From NCBI RefSeq assembly GCF_963921235.1, contig NC_086097.1, positions 28,026,001 to 28,090,000 of the forward strand: a stretch of 64,000 nucleotides of DNA, written 5' to 3'. The notes beneath the pieces were generated by a model that made no database searches, was not told where the DNA came from, and saw nothing but the letters and a program-made list of their open reading frames with translations. The DNA comes from Mobula hypostoma (taxonomy: Eukaryota). Below are positions 39,140-52,345 of this stretch, one piece after another. Made by a program: the position numbers and the translations under genes. The stretch's first letter is position 1, and each line of letters starts with the position of its first letter.

Positions 39140-39500
39140 CGAGGGTGCACAGCAGCAGAGCTGCTTCTGCCTGTCAGTACTTGCAACCCAATTTCAATTC
39201 TGATCGCTGATGTTTTCTGTAAGTTTGCATTTTCTACCCAACGGCATTGGCCTCCTCAGTGTGGTTCAGTTTCCTATATCCCAAAGACATTAAGTTAATT
39301 AGCTGCTGCAAACTGTTTCTCCCATGTAGATCACCGATAAATTGGGGCTGAGATGGCAGTGGAAAAGACTGTTGAACTGACAGATGGGTGGGGTAATATA
39401 AAATGGGAAAGGATATCATAAAAATGAGCTCTTGATGATTGGCTTGGACTCTCATGGCTATAGGGCTTGTAACCATGCCGTATTGTTCTACAACTCTATA
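39140..39500 (+). mobile_element. Decayed V-SINE-like SINE
   Basis: ttcaattctga...tttgcattttct...cagtttcctatatcccaaagacat core plus a CR1-like tail. Confidence 0.55.
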
Positions 39501-39956
39501 CAGAAAACAATTAAAACCTTAATGATGTAGAATTATTCTTGTGCTGCTATAATAGACAGGAGAATCATGTGTAGAGGCAAAGACAACAAGCAAATAATAA
39601 TTATACATAGACTGCACAGCAACCAAATGTTAAAACTTCTCCTGATACATTTTAAATACTGTTGTTGTAGTTTTTAAATTTAGTAACAGATGCAATATTC
39701 TACATATATAAAACATCAACAACTTATTTCTTCCTCAATTTTACAGGACATGAATGCTGCTGGAATAGTCAACATTTATTCTACCCTTAAGAGTCTCTGA
39801 GAAGCCACCGGCAAATTACCTTCTTGAATCTTTGCTGCCCTGACCTGGTGATGTTATTCTTATGGTTAGAACTTCCAATGATTTAGACATGGCAAAATTT
39901 TATTAATTTAATCATTTGAGTACATTAACATGAGATCTTAACTGAAGGAAGTATCA

Positions 39957-40497
39957 GCAACACACACAAAATGCTGGAGGAACTCAGCAGGCCAGACAGC
40001 ATCTATGAAAAAAGAGTAAACAGTCAACATTTCGGGCTGAGACCCTTCTTCAGGATTGGAGAAAAAAAAAGACGAAGAGTCAGACAAGAAGGTGGGAGGG
40101 CAGGAAGAAGCACAAGGTGATAGGTGAAACTGAGGGGTCTGGGGGGTGGAGGGGTGAAGTAAAGAGCTGGGAAGTTGATTGGTGAAGGAGATACAGGGCT
40201 GGAGAAGAGTGATTCTGAGAGAACAGAAGGCCATGGAAGAAAGGAAGCGGAGGAGCACCAGAGGGAGATGATGGGCATGTAAGGAGTAAGTTGAGGGGGA
40301 AATGGGAATGGGGAATAGTAAAGGAGAGTTGGAGTGGTGCAGGTGCTCTACTGGAAGTTTGAGAAGTCGATGTTGCTCCTTCAATCCGAGTGTGGCCTCA
40401 TTGCGACAGTAGATGAAGCCATGGACTGGCATGTCAAAATGGGAAGGGGTAGTGGAATTAAAATGGGTGGCCACTGGGAGATCCAACTTTTCCAGCA
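39957..40497 (-). mobile_element. Penelope 3' fragment with a decayed hammerhead at about 40021-40058
   Basis: LPVATHFNST..HFDMPVHG; minus strand CTGAAGA-agggtctcagccc-GAAA-tgtt-gactg. Confidence 0.8.
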
Positions 40498-40522
40498 TAT
40501 ACAGATTTTCTCTTCTTTGTGA

Positions 40523-40992
40523 GTCCATGGCCTCCTCTGTTGTCACGATGAGGCCACACTCAGGTTGGAGGAGCAGCACCTTATAATCCATTTGGGTAGC
40601 TTCCCACCTAATGGCATGAACATCAATTTCTCCAACTTCTGGTAATGCTGCCCCCTTCACCATTCCAAGTTCTCCCTCTCACCTCATCTCCTTATCTGCC
40701 CAACACCTCCCCCGGTGCTCCTCCCCCTTTTCTTTCTTCCGTGGCCTTCTGTCCTCTAATAGATTCCTCCTTCTCCAGCTCAACTTCCTACCTCTTTACT
40801 TCACCCCTCCTCCTCCCACCCCCAGTTTCACCTATCACTTTGTGTTTCTTCCTCCCCTCCCTTTCCAATTCTGACTCTCTGCCTGAAACATCAACTTTTC
40901 CGTAGATGCTGCTGCCTGCTCTGTTGAGTTCCTCCAGTATTTTCTAGGTTTTGCTTGGATTTCCAGCTTCTACAGATTTTCTAGTGTTTGTG
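40523..40992 (+). mobile_element. Penelope 3' fragment, inverted relative to the adjacent copy
   Basis: ccatggcctcctct...gatgaggccacactcaggttggaggagcagcacc, then a pyrimidine tract and the 3' end ttccagc..cagatttt. Confidence 0.8.
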
Positions 40993-41029
40993 TAGGCAAT
41001 CTTTTTTTAAAAAAAACTTGAAAACTTGA

Positions 41030-41324
41030 ATTCTTCATTAAGATAGAGAGTGACATAGTTAATTCAGAAACAAAGGTTCTGAACTTAAAGAAGGGTAACT
41101 TTGAAGGTATGAGACATAAATTAGCTAAGATAGACTGGCAAATGACACTTAAAGGGTTGACGGTGGATATGCAATGGCAAGCATTTAAAGATCACATGGA
41201 TGAACTACAACAATTGTTCATCCCAGTTTGGCAAAAGAATAAATCAAGGAAGGTAGTGCACCCGTGGCTGACAAAGGAAATTAGGGATAGTATCAATTCC
41301 AAAGAAGAAGCATACAAATTAGCC
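41030..41324 (+). mobile_element. CR1 ORF2 internal fragment
   Basis: GNFEGMRHKLAKIDW...HPWLTKEIRDSI. Confidence 0.8.
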
Positions 41325-43130
41325 AACCTTTTACCATTAATCAATCAGGTTAAACAACTGATTACCAAATGGTCCCCTTTGTCTCTATCATTGATTGGCC
41401 ATATTAATGCTTTTAAAATGATTATTTTACCCAAATTTTTATATTTATTTCAAGCGATACTGATTTTTATTCCTAAATTTTTTTTTTTGATATTATTGAC
41501 TCTAAAATTTCTTCTTATATATGGCAAAATAGAAATCCCAGATTAAGTAAAAAATACTTACAGAAATCTAAGAAAGAAGGTGGTTTGGCATTGCCTGTCC
41601 TAAGATTTTACTACTGGGCAATTAATATCCGATACTTAATATTTTGGACATAAGATTGGAATATAACTCCAAGCCCACATTGGGTAAACCTTGAAGGCCA
41701 TTCTGTACAAGGGTTTTCTTTAGCCTCCATTTTAGGAACTTTATTGCCCTTTGCACTATCTAAATTGAATAAACAAATTTTCAACCCTATAGTTTGCGAA
41801 TATGGTTTCAATTTCGTAAATTTTTTGGCCTGAATGAATTTATGTTATCAAGTCCTATTATATCTAATTTTTTTTTTCCCAACCTTCGGTAATGGACCAA
41901 GCCTTTTTGATATGGAAAACGAAAGGCATAATATGTTTTCGCGATTTATTTTTGGATAACTGCTTTATGTCTTTTGAGCAGTTATCTGAGAAATTTGATT
42001 TGCCTAGATCCCATTTTTTTTTAGATACTTACAAATAAGAAATTTTTTAAATATTACGTTGCCTACCTTTCCAACTTCCAATCCTTCTGACACTCTTGAT
42101 AAAATTTTAGGCTTTAATCCTTTGCAGAAGGGATTAATAGCAATAATTTATGATATAATTATGAAATTACAGCCAGATATATCTGACAAAATTAAAAATG
42201 AATGGGAAAGGGAACTTCAACTTTCCCTACCTACAGAGAAATGAGAAAAAATTTTTCAATTAGTTAGTACTTCTTCTATATGTGCTAAACATACTTTGAT
42301 ACAATTTAAGGTAGTACACAGAGCTCATATGTCCAAAGATAAACTAGTTCGTTTTTATTCCCATATAAACCCTACTTGTGATAGATGTCACTCTGAAGTG
42401 GCTTCTTTAACTCATATGTTTTGGTCCTGTCCTCTTTTGGAAAAATATTGGAAAGACATTTTTGATATTATTTCAACAGTTCTATGCTTCAATTTAAAAC
42501 CCCATCCTATTACGGCAATCTTTGGATTGCCAATGGTAGAACATAGATCTTTGTCTTCTTCAGCCTGTCGAATGATAGCTTTTGTTACTTTAATGGCGAG
42601 AAGATCTATTTTGTTGAACTGGAAGGAAACTAATCCTCCAACTACATTCCAATGGTTTTCTCAAACCATATTAAGTTTAAATTTGGAAAAAATTAGAAGT
42701 GATATTTTTGACCCTTTGGTTAAATTTGAAGAAACTTGGAAACCTTTTATGCAACATTTTCATATGATGTAATCTGACCTTTCCAAATCTTTTTTCTAAA
42801 CTTAAATTATATGAGGAGAGGAGCGGAGTTAACGACATTATTGAACATGTCCGGTATAAGCTGTTGGTCTAGCCCTGTTTTGTTTTTTTTCCTTGGGGTT
42901 TTTTTTTTTCTTTTTTCTCTTTTGGGGTTTTTTTGGTTTATATTTTTTTTCTTTTTATTTCTTTTTTAATGTTTAATCTCATTATGAGTTTGGAAGTCTT
43001 TTATATCTATGTTACTTAAAATTCATTTTATATATGTTGATGAACATTTTTCCAATCTCTGTGTACCAACTTTGTTATTGAGTTTGTAATTTTGAAAGAT
43101 TAACAAAAAGATTTAAAAAGAAAGAAAAAA
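41325..43130 (+). mobile_element. 5'-truncated L1-clade LINE (ORF2 C-terminus, 3'UTR, A-rich tail)
   Basis: KMIILPKFLYLFQ, GGLALP and the CCHC knuckle CDRCHSEVASLTHMFWSC; T-rich UTR; A-rich end at about 43115-43130. Confidence 0.9.
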
Positions 43131-43580
43131 GAGAGACGAGGACTGGAGGACTATAAGTAGGAACACCAATGCTGGATTCGAATTGGGGCAAGGAGGATGG
43201 AGCAAAGAGGAAGGGTGAACCAGGTAGGAGGTAGAGGGGAAAGGAGAGAGAATCTGTGTATAAGATTGGTGGATGAAAGAGGGGGGAGGGGACAAAGATG
43301 GGGAATAGTGGGGGGGGGAAGATGGGCAAAGAGGTACAAAAGTAGGGAAGTATTACTTAAAAATTTTAAAACAGATGATCTTGCTGTTGGGTTATAGATT
43401 ACTCAGCCAGAATACAAGATGTTGCTCCTTCAGTCTGCATTGGGCTTCATCCTGGCAGTAGAAAAGTAGATGGATAGATCGGAGTGGAAAAGGGGAGGGG
43501 AGATGAAATTCTGCCCAAATGGAGGGCTTTCAGACACACCTGATGGGGACAAAGATGTATAAAGACAAGACATTGGTCTC
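43130..43580 (-). mobile_element. Highly decayed Penelope fragment
   Basis: Purine tract, then ccagaatacaagatgttgctcctt..tctgcattgggcttc (compare 7075-7120). Confidence 0.5.
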
Positions 43581-44969
43581 CACCAAAGACCTCTCCTACC
43601 TGATACTCTTTGCCTGTCATCTTACATCCCTCCTCAAATTCTGATTCAGATGTACCTCGAAACATAGTGAAATATATTGTTTCAATTAACAACCAACTCA
43701 TCCAAGGATGTGCTGGGAACAGCCCACAAATGATGCTACACATTCTGTTACCAATATAGCATGCCCACAATGTCCACTGATCATACTGGGGTACTTTCTT
43801 GCTACTCATCTTCTCGTCTCAACATTGGCCATCTCACCTATCCACTCTCATGTCATTTTAGGCTTTAGCCTGAAATGTCAACAATTTCTTTCCTTCCCTC
43901 GGATCTGTTTAACCCATGAAGTTTCTCCAGCAGATTCTGAGTTGCTATTAACTGTGTCACTCTTAACGTCTTCTGCACCCTCTCTAGTGTTAACACATCT
44001 GTGTAAATGATGTGCGAAAAACAGTGCAAAGTTCCCAGGCATGGCTGAAGTAATGGCTTATACTATTCCCGCAAGCATTCTCTACTCTTCAATTCATTGG
44101 CACATCCAGTTGAAAAAATAGCATCCCAATCAAACGGCTACTTTTTCCCCCGGGCACTGTTCAGTTCGAGTGCAGTTAAAGCTGCACTTAGTCAGCAAGT
44201 GGAATGCACTCCATCATTCCTGTTTTGGACCCAAAATTGATGCAGATACCCTGAGGCATTAGAAGTAAGCCACTTGTGCAGGAGACACAAATCTCTAACC
44301 TGCTGGTGCAGCCATTGCATACTTGGCTGGTCCAGTTAAGTTTCTGGTAAATAATGACCCAAAATGTTGACAGTGGGCAACTCACTGACGTCAATGATTG
44401 GAACAGCAAATGCAAATTGTCAGACTTCATTTTATGGGAGGTAGTCACTGCCTACCACATTTGTGGCATGAATGTTACTTGTCACTTATCAGTCCAGCCC
44501 ATGATTTATATCTTGCATCACGCCAGTGTGGACAGTTTCATTTGGTGACATAGGAATAAATTTAAATAGCAATTAAACTTCCCCACATCTTCAACAGCCA
44601 CACTTCCAATTTTATCATTAACAAACTTTCATGAAGTCCTAACCAATGATTATACACCACAGAAAGCAGAGAGCCCAGTATGGAGCACTGAAGAGTCTCA
44701 GAATATGTAGGACTCCAGTAATCAAAACTCCTGTCAACCATTCAAATCAAATTAGTATTTGTGGCCCCAATCCATGAAATTTAAGTACGGTAATTTAACT
44801 GAAGGAAATGCATAGATAAAGCAAGATTCCATGTAAACCATTAGTGGCGAGCTTGAACACATTGATTATAGCAGGCTTTTCACACTTTCAATATAATACC
44901 CACAATGGCACCAATATGATATTTCCATTTGCCACATAAATTGTGCACATATTTGGTTACAGTTTTAGA

Positions 44970-45400
44970 ATACATCAGTAAACTGGAATGAGTGCAAAGA
45001 TCTACAAAAATGCTGCTGGGACTCAAGAACCTGAGTTAGAGAGGTTGGGCAAGCTAGGCTTTCATTCCTTCAAACTTTGGAGATTGAGGGGTGGCCTTAC
45101 CAATGCATATAAAATCATGAGGGGCATAGATTGTGCATACATTCACCATGACTTTTTCCTTACGAAAAGGAAATCAAAATCTAGAGGGCATAGATAAAAG
45201 GCAAAGGGAAAGACTTAAAAGGACTTGAGCAGCAACTTCCTCATTCAGAAGGTGGTATGTATATGAAAGGATTGCCAGAGGAAGTGGTTGACGCAGGTAT
45301 AATAACATTTAAAAGACATTTCAACAAGTACAGGGATGAGGTAGGGTTGGGAGGGATATGGGCCAAACATGAGCAATGTGGAGTAGATGGTCAGACTGTT
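44970..45400 (+). mobile_element. Decayed CR1 3' fragment
   Basis: LERLGKLGFHSF..RLRGGL..AYKIMRGID. Confidence 0.7.
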
Positions 45401-45700
45401 GATGGTCATGACTCCCTCATGGTCCGCCTCCTTCTTCCACCACCCATTGTTTTCAGGGCTATGATGTCAATGCTTCCCCTCCCCCACCCCTTTGTCTTTC
45501 ACATTACTGGTCCATCAAATGATGCTACAAGCATTCTTCAAATCCTTCCTCATCTTTCATTCTTCAGTCCTGACGAAGGGTTCCGGCCCGAAACGTCGGC
45601 TCATCGTTTCTGACTGATGCTGCCCGACCTTCTGAGTTCATCCAGCGTACTGAAAGTGTTGCTTTGATCTTTTACAGCATCTGCAGATTATTTTGTGTTT
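45401..45700 (+). mobile_element. Penelope pLTR-only insertion, distinct subfamily
   Basis: 14-bp TSD ATGGTCAGACTGTT at 45387-45400 and 45701-45714. Confidence 0.85.
45566..45601 (+). ncRNA. Minimal type I hammerhead ribozyme
   Basis: agtc-CTGACGA-agggttccggccc-GAAA-cgtc-ggct; stem I has one G-U pair. Confidence 0.75.
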
Positions 45701-46489
45701 ATGGTCAGACTGTTTCATGCTGTATTACTCACTGATTTTGAGATTAACAAATGGAAGTGTTTGGTGCCACTGGCAGCAATAAGAGATGTTAGGCAAAATT
45801 TAGAAGTTGTGGTCAATTGGTAAACCTGCCTTCCCGGGCTGTTAATGCTGGCATCAACACAAGATTCAGAACACAGGAAAAGGTTCCAATCTACCAATAA
45901 ACACCCACTCCCAACTCCCACAAACACAAAATGACAGTTTATTTCACAAAACCAAAAAGGTCACTGGTTAGCAGTTTTAAAGTAGGTACTCACAAAAATA
46001 ATGATACTTTGTTCAAGATTTCCAGACCCCAGAAGGCAGGTTTCAATAACTACTCCTGGTTTTTCTAATGAACTCATCCCACCAGAGGTTTTATTCAGCG
46101 CATTGCCAAAGTTCCAAACTAAGAAAGCATCTTAAGCAATGCAGTCAGGGCACATTAAGCATTTTTAGTTAGATCTAGAATATCAGATTAATGTGAACAA
46201 AGCTATAATAGAGTAATCTTACAAAAGGCAAGAGAATGCAGATGAGAACATGAGTTGTAGAGTTCTTGAAAATGAGTCCACAGGTTGAGAATGTTGGGTG
46301 AGTGAGATTATCCACTCTGGTTGAGAAGTGATAGTTGAGGGCTAATAACTGATTCTGAAGCTGGTGGTGTGGGACTACTACCATAGCTCCTGTAACTCCT
46401 TCCATATAATTATTTCATTATTTAAATTATTCTTAGAGCTCTTACCTAGTATCAATTTAATCACTTTTCTGGAGAATGTTTTGCCGTGA

Positions 46490-47211
46490 AACTGAAATCA
46501 AAGCAAAAACTGCTGGGCACGTTAACTGTTTGTTTCCCAGATTTTGCTTGACTTACAGTAAAAAGTCACATGCTCTTGCATGCCAGTTAGACACTACACT
46601 CTGCTTAGCGCAAACAGTTTTTAAAAATAGTGTCAGTGTGGATGCTTGTATTCAAAAAAGTAATTTTTGTCATTAATAATTGGTGAGAAATAAGCAGTAG
46701 GACAATTCAGAACAGTTTTGCTCACTACTGCTTCAAGCTTTTAGGCTTGGAGATGCTAGAAATAGCCAGGAGTGAAAAATGACACATTTTCACTACATCA
46801 AATTCTTTGTAGGTCCTAACTATCGATAATCATCTTGAATGTTACAATCAAAATAAAAATTTGGAGGAGGCAATCGTTGAAATCATTGTATGAAGGTAGT
46901 CCATTATCGGCTCTAGACGTCTGTGCTGATTTTGTAAACTTATAGTCCATGAAAAGAACATGGCAGCATACACTGGGTGAATTCCTCAATCGATAACTTT
47001 TAGGAAATAATCCACAGTTTTATACTACTGTAGTGGTATTGGTAGTGTTCTAATTTCTGTATTACATTTAAATGCGCCATTTGTAACTCAGTTAAGTGGT
47101 AGTTTATCTTTTTTATATATTTTTAAAACTATTTCTATGAAACTTTGGTTAATTGGAGCAGCAGCTCAATTTGGCCAAAATGTACCTGTCCCAATTGACC
47201 AGAATCCACTA
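46490..47211 (+). mobile_element. Tigger/pogo-like DNA transposon fragment (right end)
   Basis: Homologous to 16730-17110; ends cccaattgaccagaatccact. Confidence 0.6.
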
Positions 47212-48599
47212 ATATTATAATATTTTTACTTTTAGTAGATACTCTTCTCTTTAAATGTAAAAGATGGAATGCATTAAGTTTCTAACTCCCATCTTGTTTC
47301 TTCTTTGAATAAGCAAAGATTTAATATTCAGTCATTATTCAATGAGCAGCTGTAATATATTTTCATTAGAGCGATGTACGACAAGTTACTGGAGTTTCTA
47401 AAATATCAATGATTTTGTTATGAAATGTGTTTATGTACTGTATGGAATTGCTATACTAGATGGCTTGTTTCAACTCAAATATTGCAGATTAACCAAAACA
47501 TTGCAACTTATTTTCTATCATTTAAATTATTCCATCTCATTTTTAATTAATCAAATTTCTATTACTCAATAAAATATTCCATTTGCCAGTGTAATTTATT
47601 CATCATATGCTTCCAGTCTTTTATACTGGTAACACATATCTAGAAATAGTATTTCCCAGGTAAAGGATATGTTCAGAATAAATTCATGTTTTGTGTCTAT
47701 GGTGTGCAGATTTTCTTATGGAAGCAAAGCTTACACTGAGCACTAGGAAAAGAATTTGTTGATAGCCTGGATCCCTAACAGTTATATCAAATATTAATAC
47801 CGCAGCCAATATCAGCAGCAAAGCTAACAATTCTCCTTTTATTCAATACAAGAAACAGAAATACCAACATCTATTAGCTCCAAAAATATTACAGCGTTGC
47901 AATAACTTAAATAAGATTGAACTGAATTACAGCCATGAATTTTAGATGGGATGGTGGGAAAAACAGGAGTTAACATTTGTATTCTTGCTGGCAGATGTTA
48001 TGTGACAGACAAGCATGGAGGTTATTAACAGTTTCTTCACTTGATTGAGTTAACAGGCAATGTGGAATTGGCCAAACTTTCTGATGGAGACAGCATTGTC
48101 AGAAATACAGGTAGTCATGAATAGCTTGCCAAAATTGTGAATAGTTCAGTTTAACCCACATTCAGAAAGAACAAGATGGATAATTAGAGGCTTATAGTGT
48201 TTGCTGTCTCTCAAGTCCAACCCTACATCCCTGTCGTGAGGGGCAGAAATCAGCAAGGCCACACAACAGGGCTGTAGTGAAGCTGTACAGACCAATCCCC
48301 TATAGAGTGGATGCAATGGATTGCTGAAGCATTGACGAACTCCAACCACACCACTGACTTCAGAGGATGATGGACACAGGAGTTCTTTGATGGCCAATGC
48401 TTCACTGGGAGCTAAGGGCCCAAGTAAGTAAGTAAAATGATTGCTAGGACTCAGTGATAATACCACTCAATACAAGCAACAGTTAACTAAAGAAAAGCAT
48501 AAAGTTAGACAAAAAGAGAACTGACAATTCAGTCAAAGGTAAATGTAGAACAGCATTCACAAGCCTACATGCAATTACCAATTCCAATACTTGGGGTTC

Positions 48600-48920
48600 G
48601 TACCACTGGAACAGCATGAAGGAGTAAGAGGTACACCCACTGCAACTTCATCAAATTCCATCTTCTTCACCCCTTTGTCACTTTCACCTATCACCTCTCA
48701 GCTTCTTACATCATTCCCACTCTTCCCATCACCTCCCTCCACAATTGACTCCACCTATCACCCACAAGCTCTTGCTACCACCACCTTTTTAATACTGGCT
48801 ATCTCCCCTCTTTTAGTCCTGATAAAGGGTTTCGACTGAAGCTTCCACTGTTAATTTCTCCCCATAGATTTTGCCTGACTATTGAGTTCCTCCAGCTCCC
48901 TCATGTATTGTTCTAGATAT
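48600..48920 (+). mobile_element. Decayed Penelope pLTR
   Basis: Pyrimidine tract, agtcctgataaagggtttcgactgaa, then gcctgactattgagttcctccagc. Confidence 0.6.
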
Positions 48921-49099
48921 TTTAAATCATCTGACCCCAATCTAAATTCCATTGATTAGTCTTCATTCTCTTATCTCTAGATTGTTTAGTAATATTCTTG
49001 ATGAAAGTAGGGGAAGCAAGAATAGAAACAAATAAAATCACTAAGCAGTACTCAATCAAAAAGTTGCAGAGGGGCTAGAGATCAGCTTATTTGTCATGT

Positions 49100-49730
49100 G
49101 TACATTGAAACTAAAGAAAGAGCACAGCTTGAATTCAGAAGCCTAAGATCTTGGGACTCTGGAGATGGGCGGATCGAAGGTCAGTGCCACGGCAGGAGAC
49201 CCGTGTGCTGTTGGGGGAGTCAGGATATCTGCTGTGGGCCCGAAGAGCCAAGATCTTTGCGGTTTTCAGGCACAGAGCTCAAAAAAAGCCATGTAACAGA
49301 CTTGGAACATCGTAAACTAGTGAGTTGTTTGTTATATCTCCCCGCTCACTGGTGAAAAATGGAGACACCACCTTCTCCCTTACTAGGGAGAGAGAGAATC
49401 TGCGGTATGCCGTATGCCAGATGAAATGCAAAGTCTTTGGGGTAACTGCAAGTCCGTGTCTTTGCTGTTGCTTTGCTCACGCTGAGTGCTTGGTGGTGAC
49501 ACCGATGCTTGCTATTTTTTGCTGGTGGGGGGAGGGGAGATTGTTGCTCGCTGCCGCTTACAAACGGAAAGAAGGGGAGCTGGGAGGGGGCAGATTTTGG
49601 GGTTCTTATGTTTATCTGTCATTCATTCTTTGGGGCACTACTGTTTTTGTGGATGTTTGCAAAGAAAAAGCATTTCAGGATGTATATTGTATACACTTCT
49701 GACATTAAATTGGACCTTTGAACCTTTGAG
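49100..49730 (+). mobile_element. Unclassified retroposon 3' portion
   Basis: GC-richer block ending attaaattggacctttgaacctttga, a short-repeat tail like those of LINE/SINE 3' ends. Confidence 0.4.
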
Positions 49731-50732
49731 AGAGAACCAAAGAACCAATTTCAAAAGGATCAAAAGAACCAAGTCATTCTGAACAGTTGAGTGCCAGTCC
49801 CTAGTTACCCTTGTAGTAATCTCTCTAAATCCGCCATCTAAAAAACAGATAAATAGAGGATCTAATTTTTACATTCATACTGATAAGTAAAAGGTTGTGA
49901 GCATTTCCATGCAGAGGATTGACAATGCTTAGCAGATTTCAGTGCTAAGGAAATTTAAATAAGAGATTCAAATATTGCACTGCAGAGAGAAAAAGAAATG
50001 GCATGTATTTGTGAAGCAACATGTTCAGGAACTTGGGAAAATGGAAGTGAGCTTCTATTTTTTGAATTAAGTTTGTTATGAAAGAGATGATTTTTTTAAA
50101 AAAAGGTGAAATGCATCATTTACAGCTTGGGTTCCTAGTGGACTGGCAGGGTGTTTTAAAGAGACTGAAGAGTAATCAATGAAATTTGGATTAAGGTCAG
50201 ATTTAGAAGTGGTGGAGATTAAGGGACAAGTTTACAGGAAGTTTGGCTTGATAGGGCAGATAATTTACCCGAAAGATTTTTTTTCCCCTGCATAACACCA
50301 TGTCCTGCTACAATACTCATCCAACAACTCATGATAAACATTTAGAGCAAGGCTTTTCTGAACAAGACTTGATTTAAGTGATTCAGATTCAATCAATTCT
50401 TTGAACCCACTTTTAACCTTTATGCTTTTAAAGTAATGTACAAGTTATCAATCACATAATAAATTGTTGACAAAAGGCTTCAATTAGATTACTAATCAAT
50501 GAAAACATTTAATTTGCATTTTCAATTAACACTACTATCACAGCAATAATGTTGCTGTTAAATACAAAAATCATACCAAGAAATAGAAGGATAAATTATT
50601 CCAAGACTTCATTCTGGGAAATGGAATTCACAGACTAATTGGACGGCACATACATTATCATCACACTTAAAGTGCAAGGTTTCTTCAAGCTGCCAACCAA
50701 TCTACAATTTTAGCTGGTTTAACTACAGAACT

Positions 50733-50875
50733 GTGAGTCCTGCTGAAAAGTTTCGGCCCGAATCGTTGACTGTACCTCCCACACCCCCCCCCCCCCATGG
50801 ATGCTGCCTGGCCTGCTGAGTTCCTCCAGCATTTCGTATGTTGCTCAGATTTCCAGCATCTGCAGATTTTCTAAT
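50733..50875 (+). mobile_element. Penelope 3' end with decayed hammerhead
   Basis: gagtcctgctgaaaagtttcggcccgaatcgttgact...gatgctgcctggcctgctgagttcctccagc. Confidence 0.7.
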
Positions 50876-51195
50876 GAGCTGTGATCTACAACTTTTTAAA
50901 GTTTTATTTTTCATTAAAGCTACTGACCCTCTCCATCTCTGTTCCTCTAAAGAGAATTGGTTCATGGATCTTTAGGTTCTTCCTCCTGTTTTAATAACTA
51001 GGTCCTTGTTTTTGCTGACATTGATTGAGATTGTTATAGCATTGTTCAACAAGATTTTAAATCTCCCTCTTATATGCTGATTCATCACCATTTTGATTTG
51101 GCTAACATCGTATTACCAGAAAACTTAACCAGTGCCCGCTGAGCTAGATGCTAAACCAGTGGGATCTCTGAACAAAGCACAACAGATTACCATAG

Positions 51196-51724
51196 CGTAA
51201 CCCTTGGTTCAACTAGCGGCTTAATCTAGTGGATGGTAGTCCCCAGCCTGGCCAAATTTAAGAAATCTCGTTTGGGTGGATACTGTGCGACGTGTCCTCT
51301 GTTACAAATCAGTACCACGAAATAGTTCACAATATGCGATTAAACGATTGAACTTTATAATTCTTAATTTGACTATATGGTTAGTAAAGAAACAAAAAAA
51401 AAGGGCCTATTCTCATGAAACAGTCTAATACGCAAACGCTGGAGCTCACAGTGTCATCTACTTGTTCCTGTCGTTCTCCTCCGAGCGTAGCCAACCCTCC
51501 GACCCTCGCTCCTCAGTCCACTCCGTCCAGCGGTCTACCAACTCTCTCCATTGGCGTCCTCTCTCTTCATTGCTCCTCGACACACAAGAAAGAACAACAT
51601 CCCGCTCATTGGCTAACACACCCCATTCTCTCTAATTATAACCGGAAGCCATTACCTCAGCCTCAGCAGTGAAACATTACAGAGAGGCCATTATATTAGC
51701 TGTGAAACCTTACAGCATGTTACA
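51196..51724. mobile_element. Solo LTR, probably Gypsy-type
   Basis: Termini (C)GTAAC...GTTACA, an inverted repeat with the TG mutated to CG. 4-bp TSD ATAG at 51192-95 and 51725-28. Confidence 0.7.
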
Positions 51725-51784
51725 ATAGTTTCATCCTATTTGTTGCTTATCCCTAATAGCTGTCTTGAACAACTGCAGCTGTTT

Positions 51785-52345
51785 AGTCATAGTCATACTT
51801 TATTGATCCCAGGGGAAATTGGTTTTCGTTACAGTTGCACCATAAATAATAAATAGTAATAGAACCATAAATAGTAATATGTAAATTATGTCAGTAAATT
51901 ATGAAATGTCCAGGACCAGCCTATTGGCTCAGGGTGCCTGACCCTCCAAGGGAGGAGTTGTAAAGTTTGATGGCCACAGGCAGGAATGTCTTCCTATGAC
52001 GTTCTGTACTGCATCTTGGAGGAATGAGTCTCTGGTTGAATGTACTCCTGTGCCCACCCAGTACATTATGTAGTGGATGGGAGACATTGTCCAAGATGGC
52101 ATGCAACTTAGACAGTATCCTCTTTTCAGACACCACTGTGAGAGAGTCCAGTTCCATCCCCACAACATCACTGGCCTTACGAATGAGTTTGTTGATTCAG
52201 TTGGTGTCTGCTACCCTCAGCCTGCTGCTCCAGCACACAACAGCAAACATGATAGCATTGGCCACCAGAGACTCATAGAACATCCTCAGCAGCGTCCGGC
52301 AGATGTTAAAGGACCTCAGTCTCCTCAGGAAATAGAGACGGCTCT
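51785..52345 (-). mobile_element. Rex1/Babar 3' fragment, same family as 26520-28273
   Basis: agtcatagtcatactttatt tail; LHAILDNVSHPLH. Confidence 0.9.

Noticed and set aside
39938..40663. 241-aa minus-strand ORF
   Set aside because: Spans the inverted Penelope pair; a chimeric TE translation.
47220..48150. Repeat-poor AT-rich stretch that might be a conserved non-coding element
   Set aside because: Conservation cannot be judged from one sequence and no diagnostic motif was seen.
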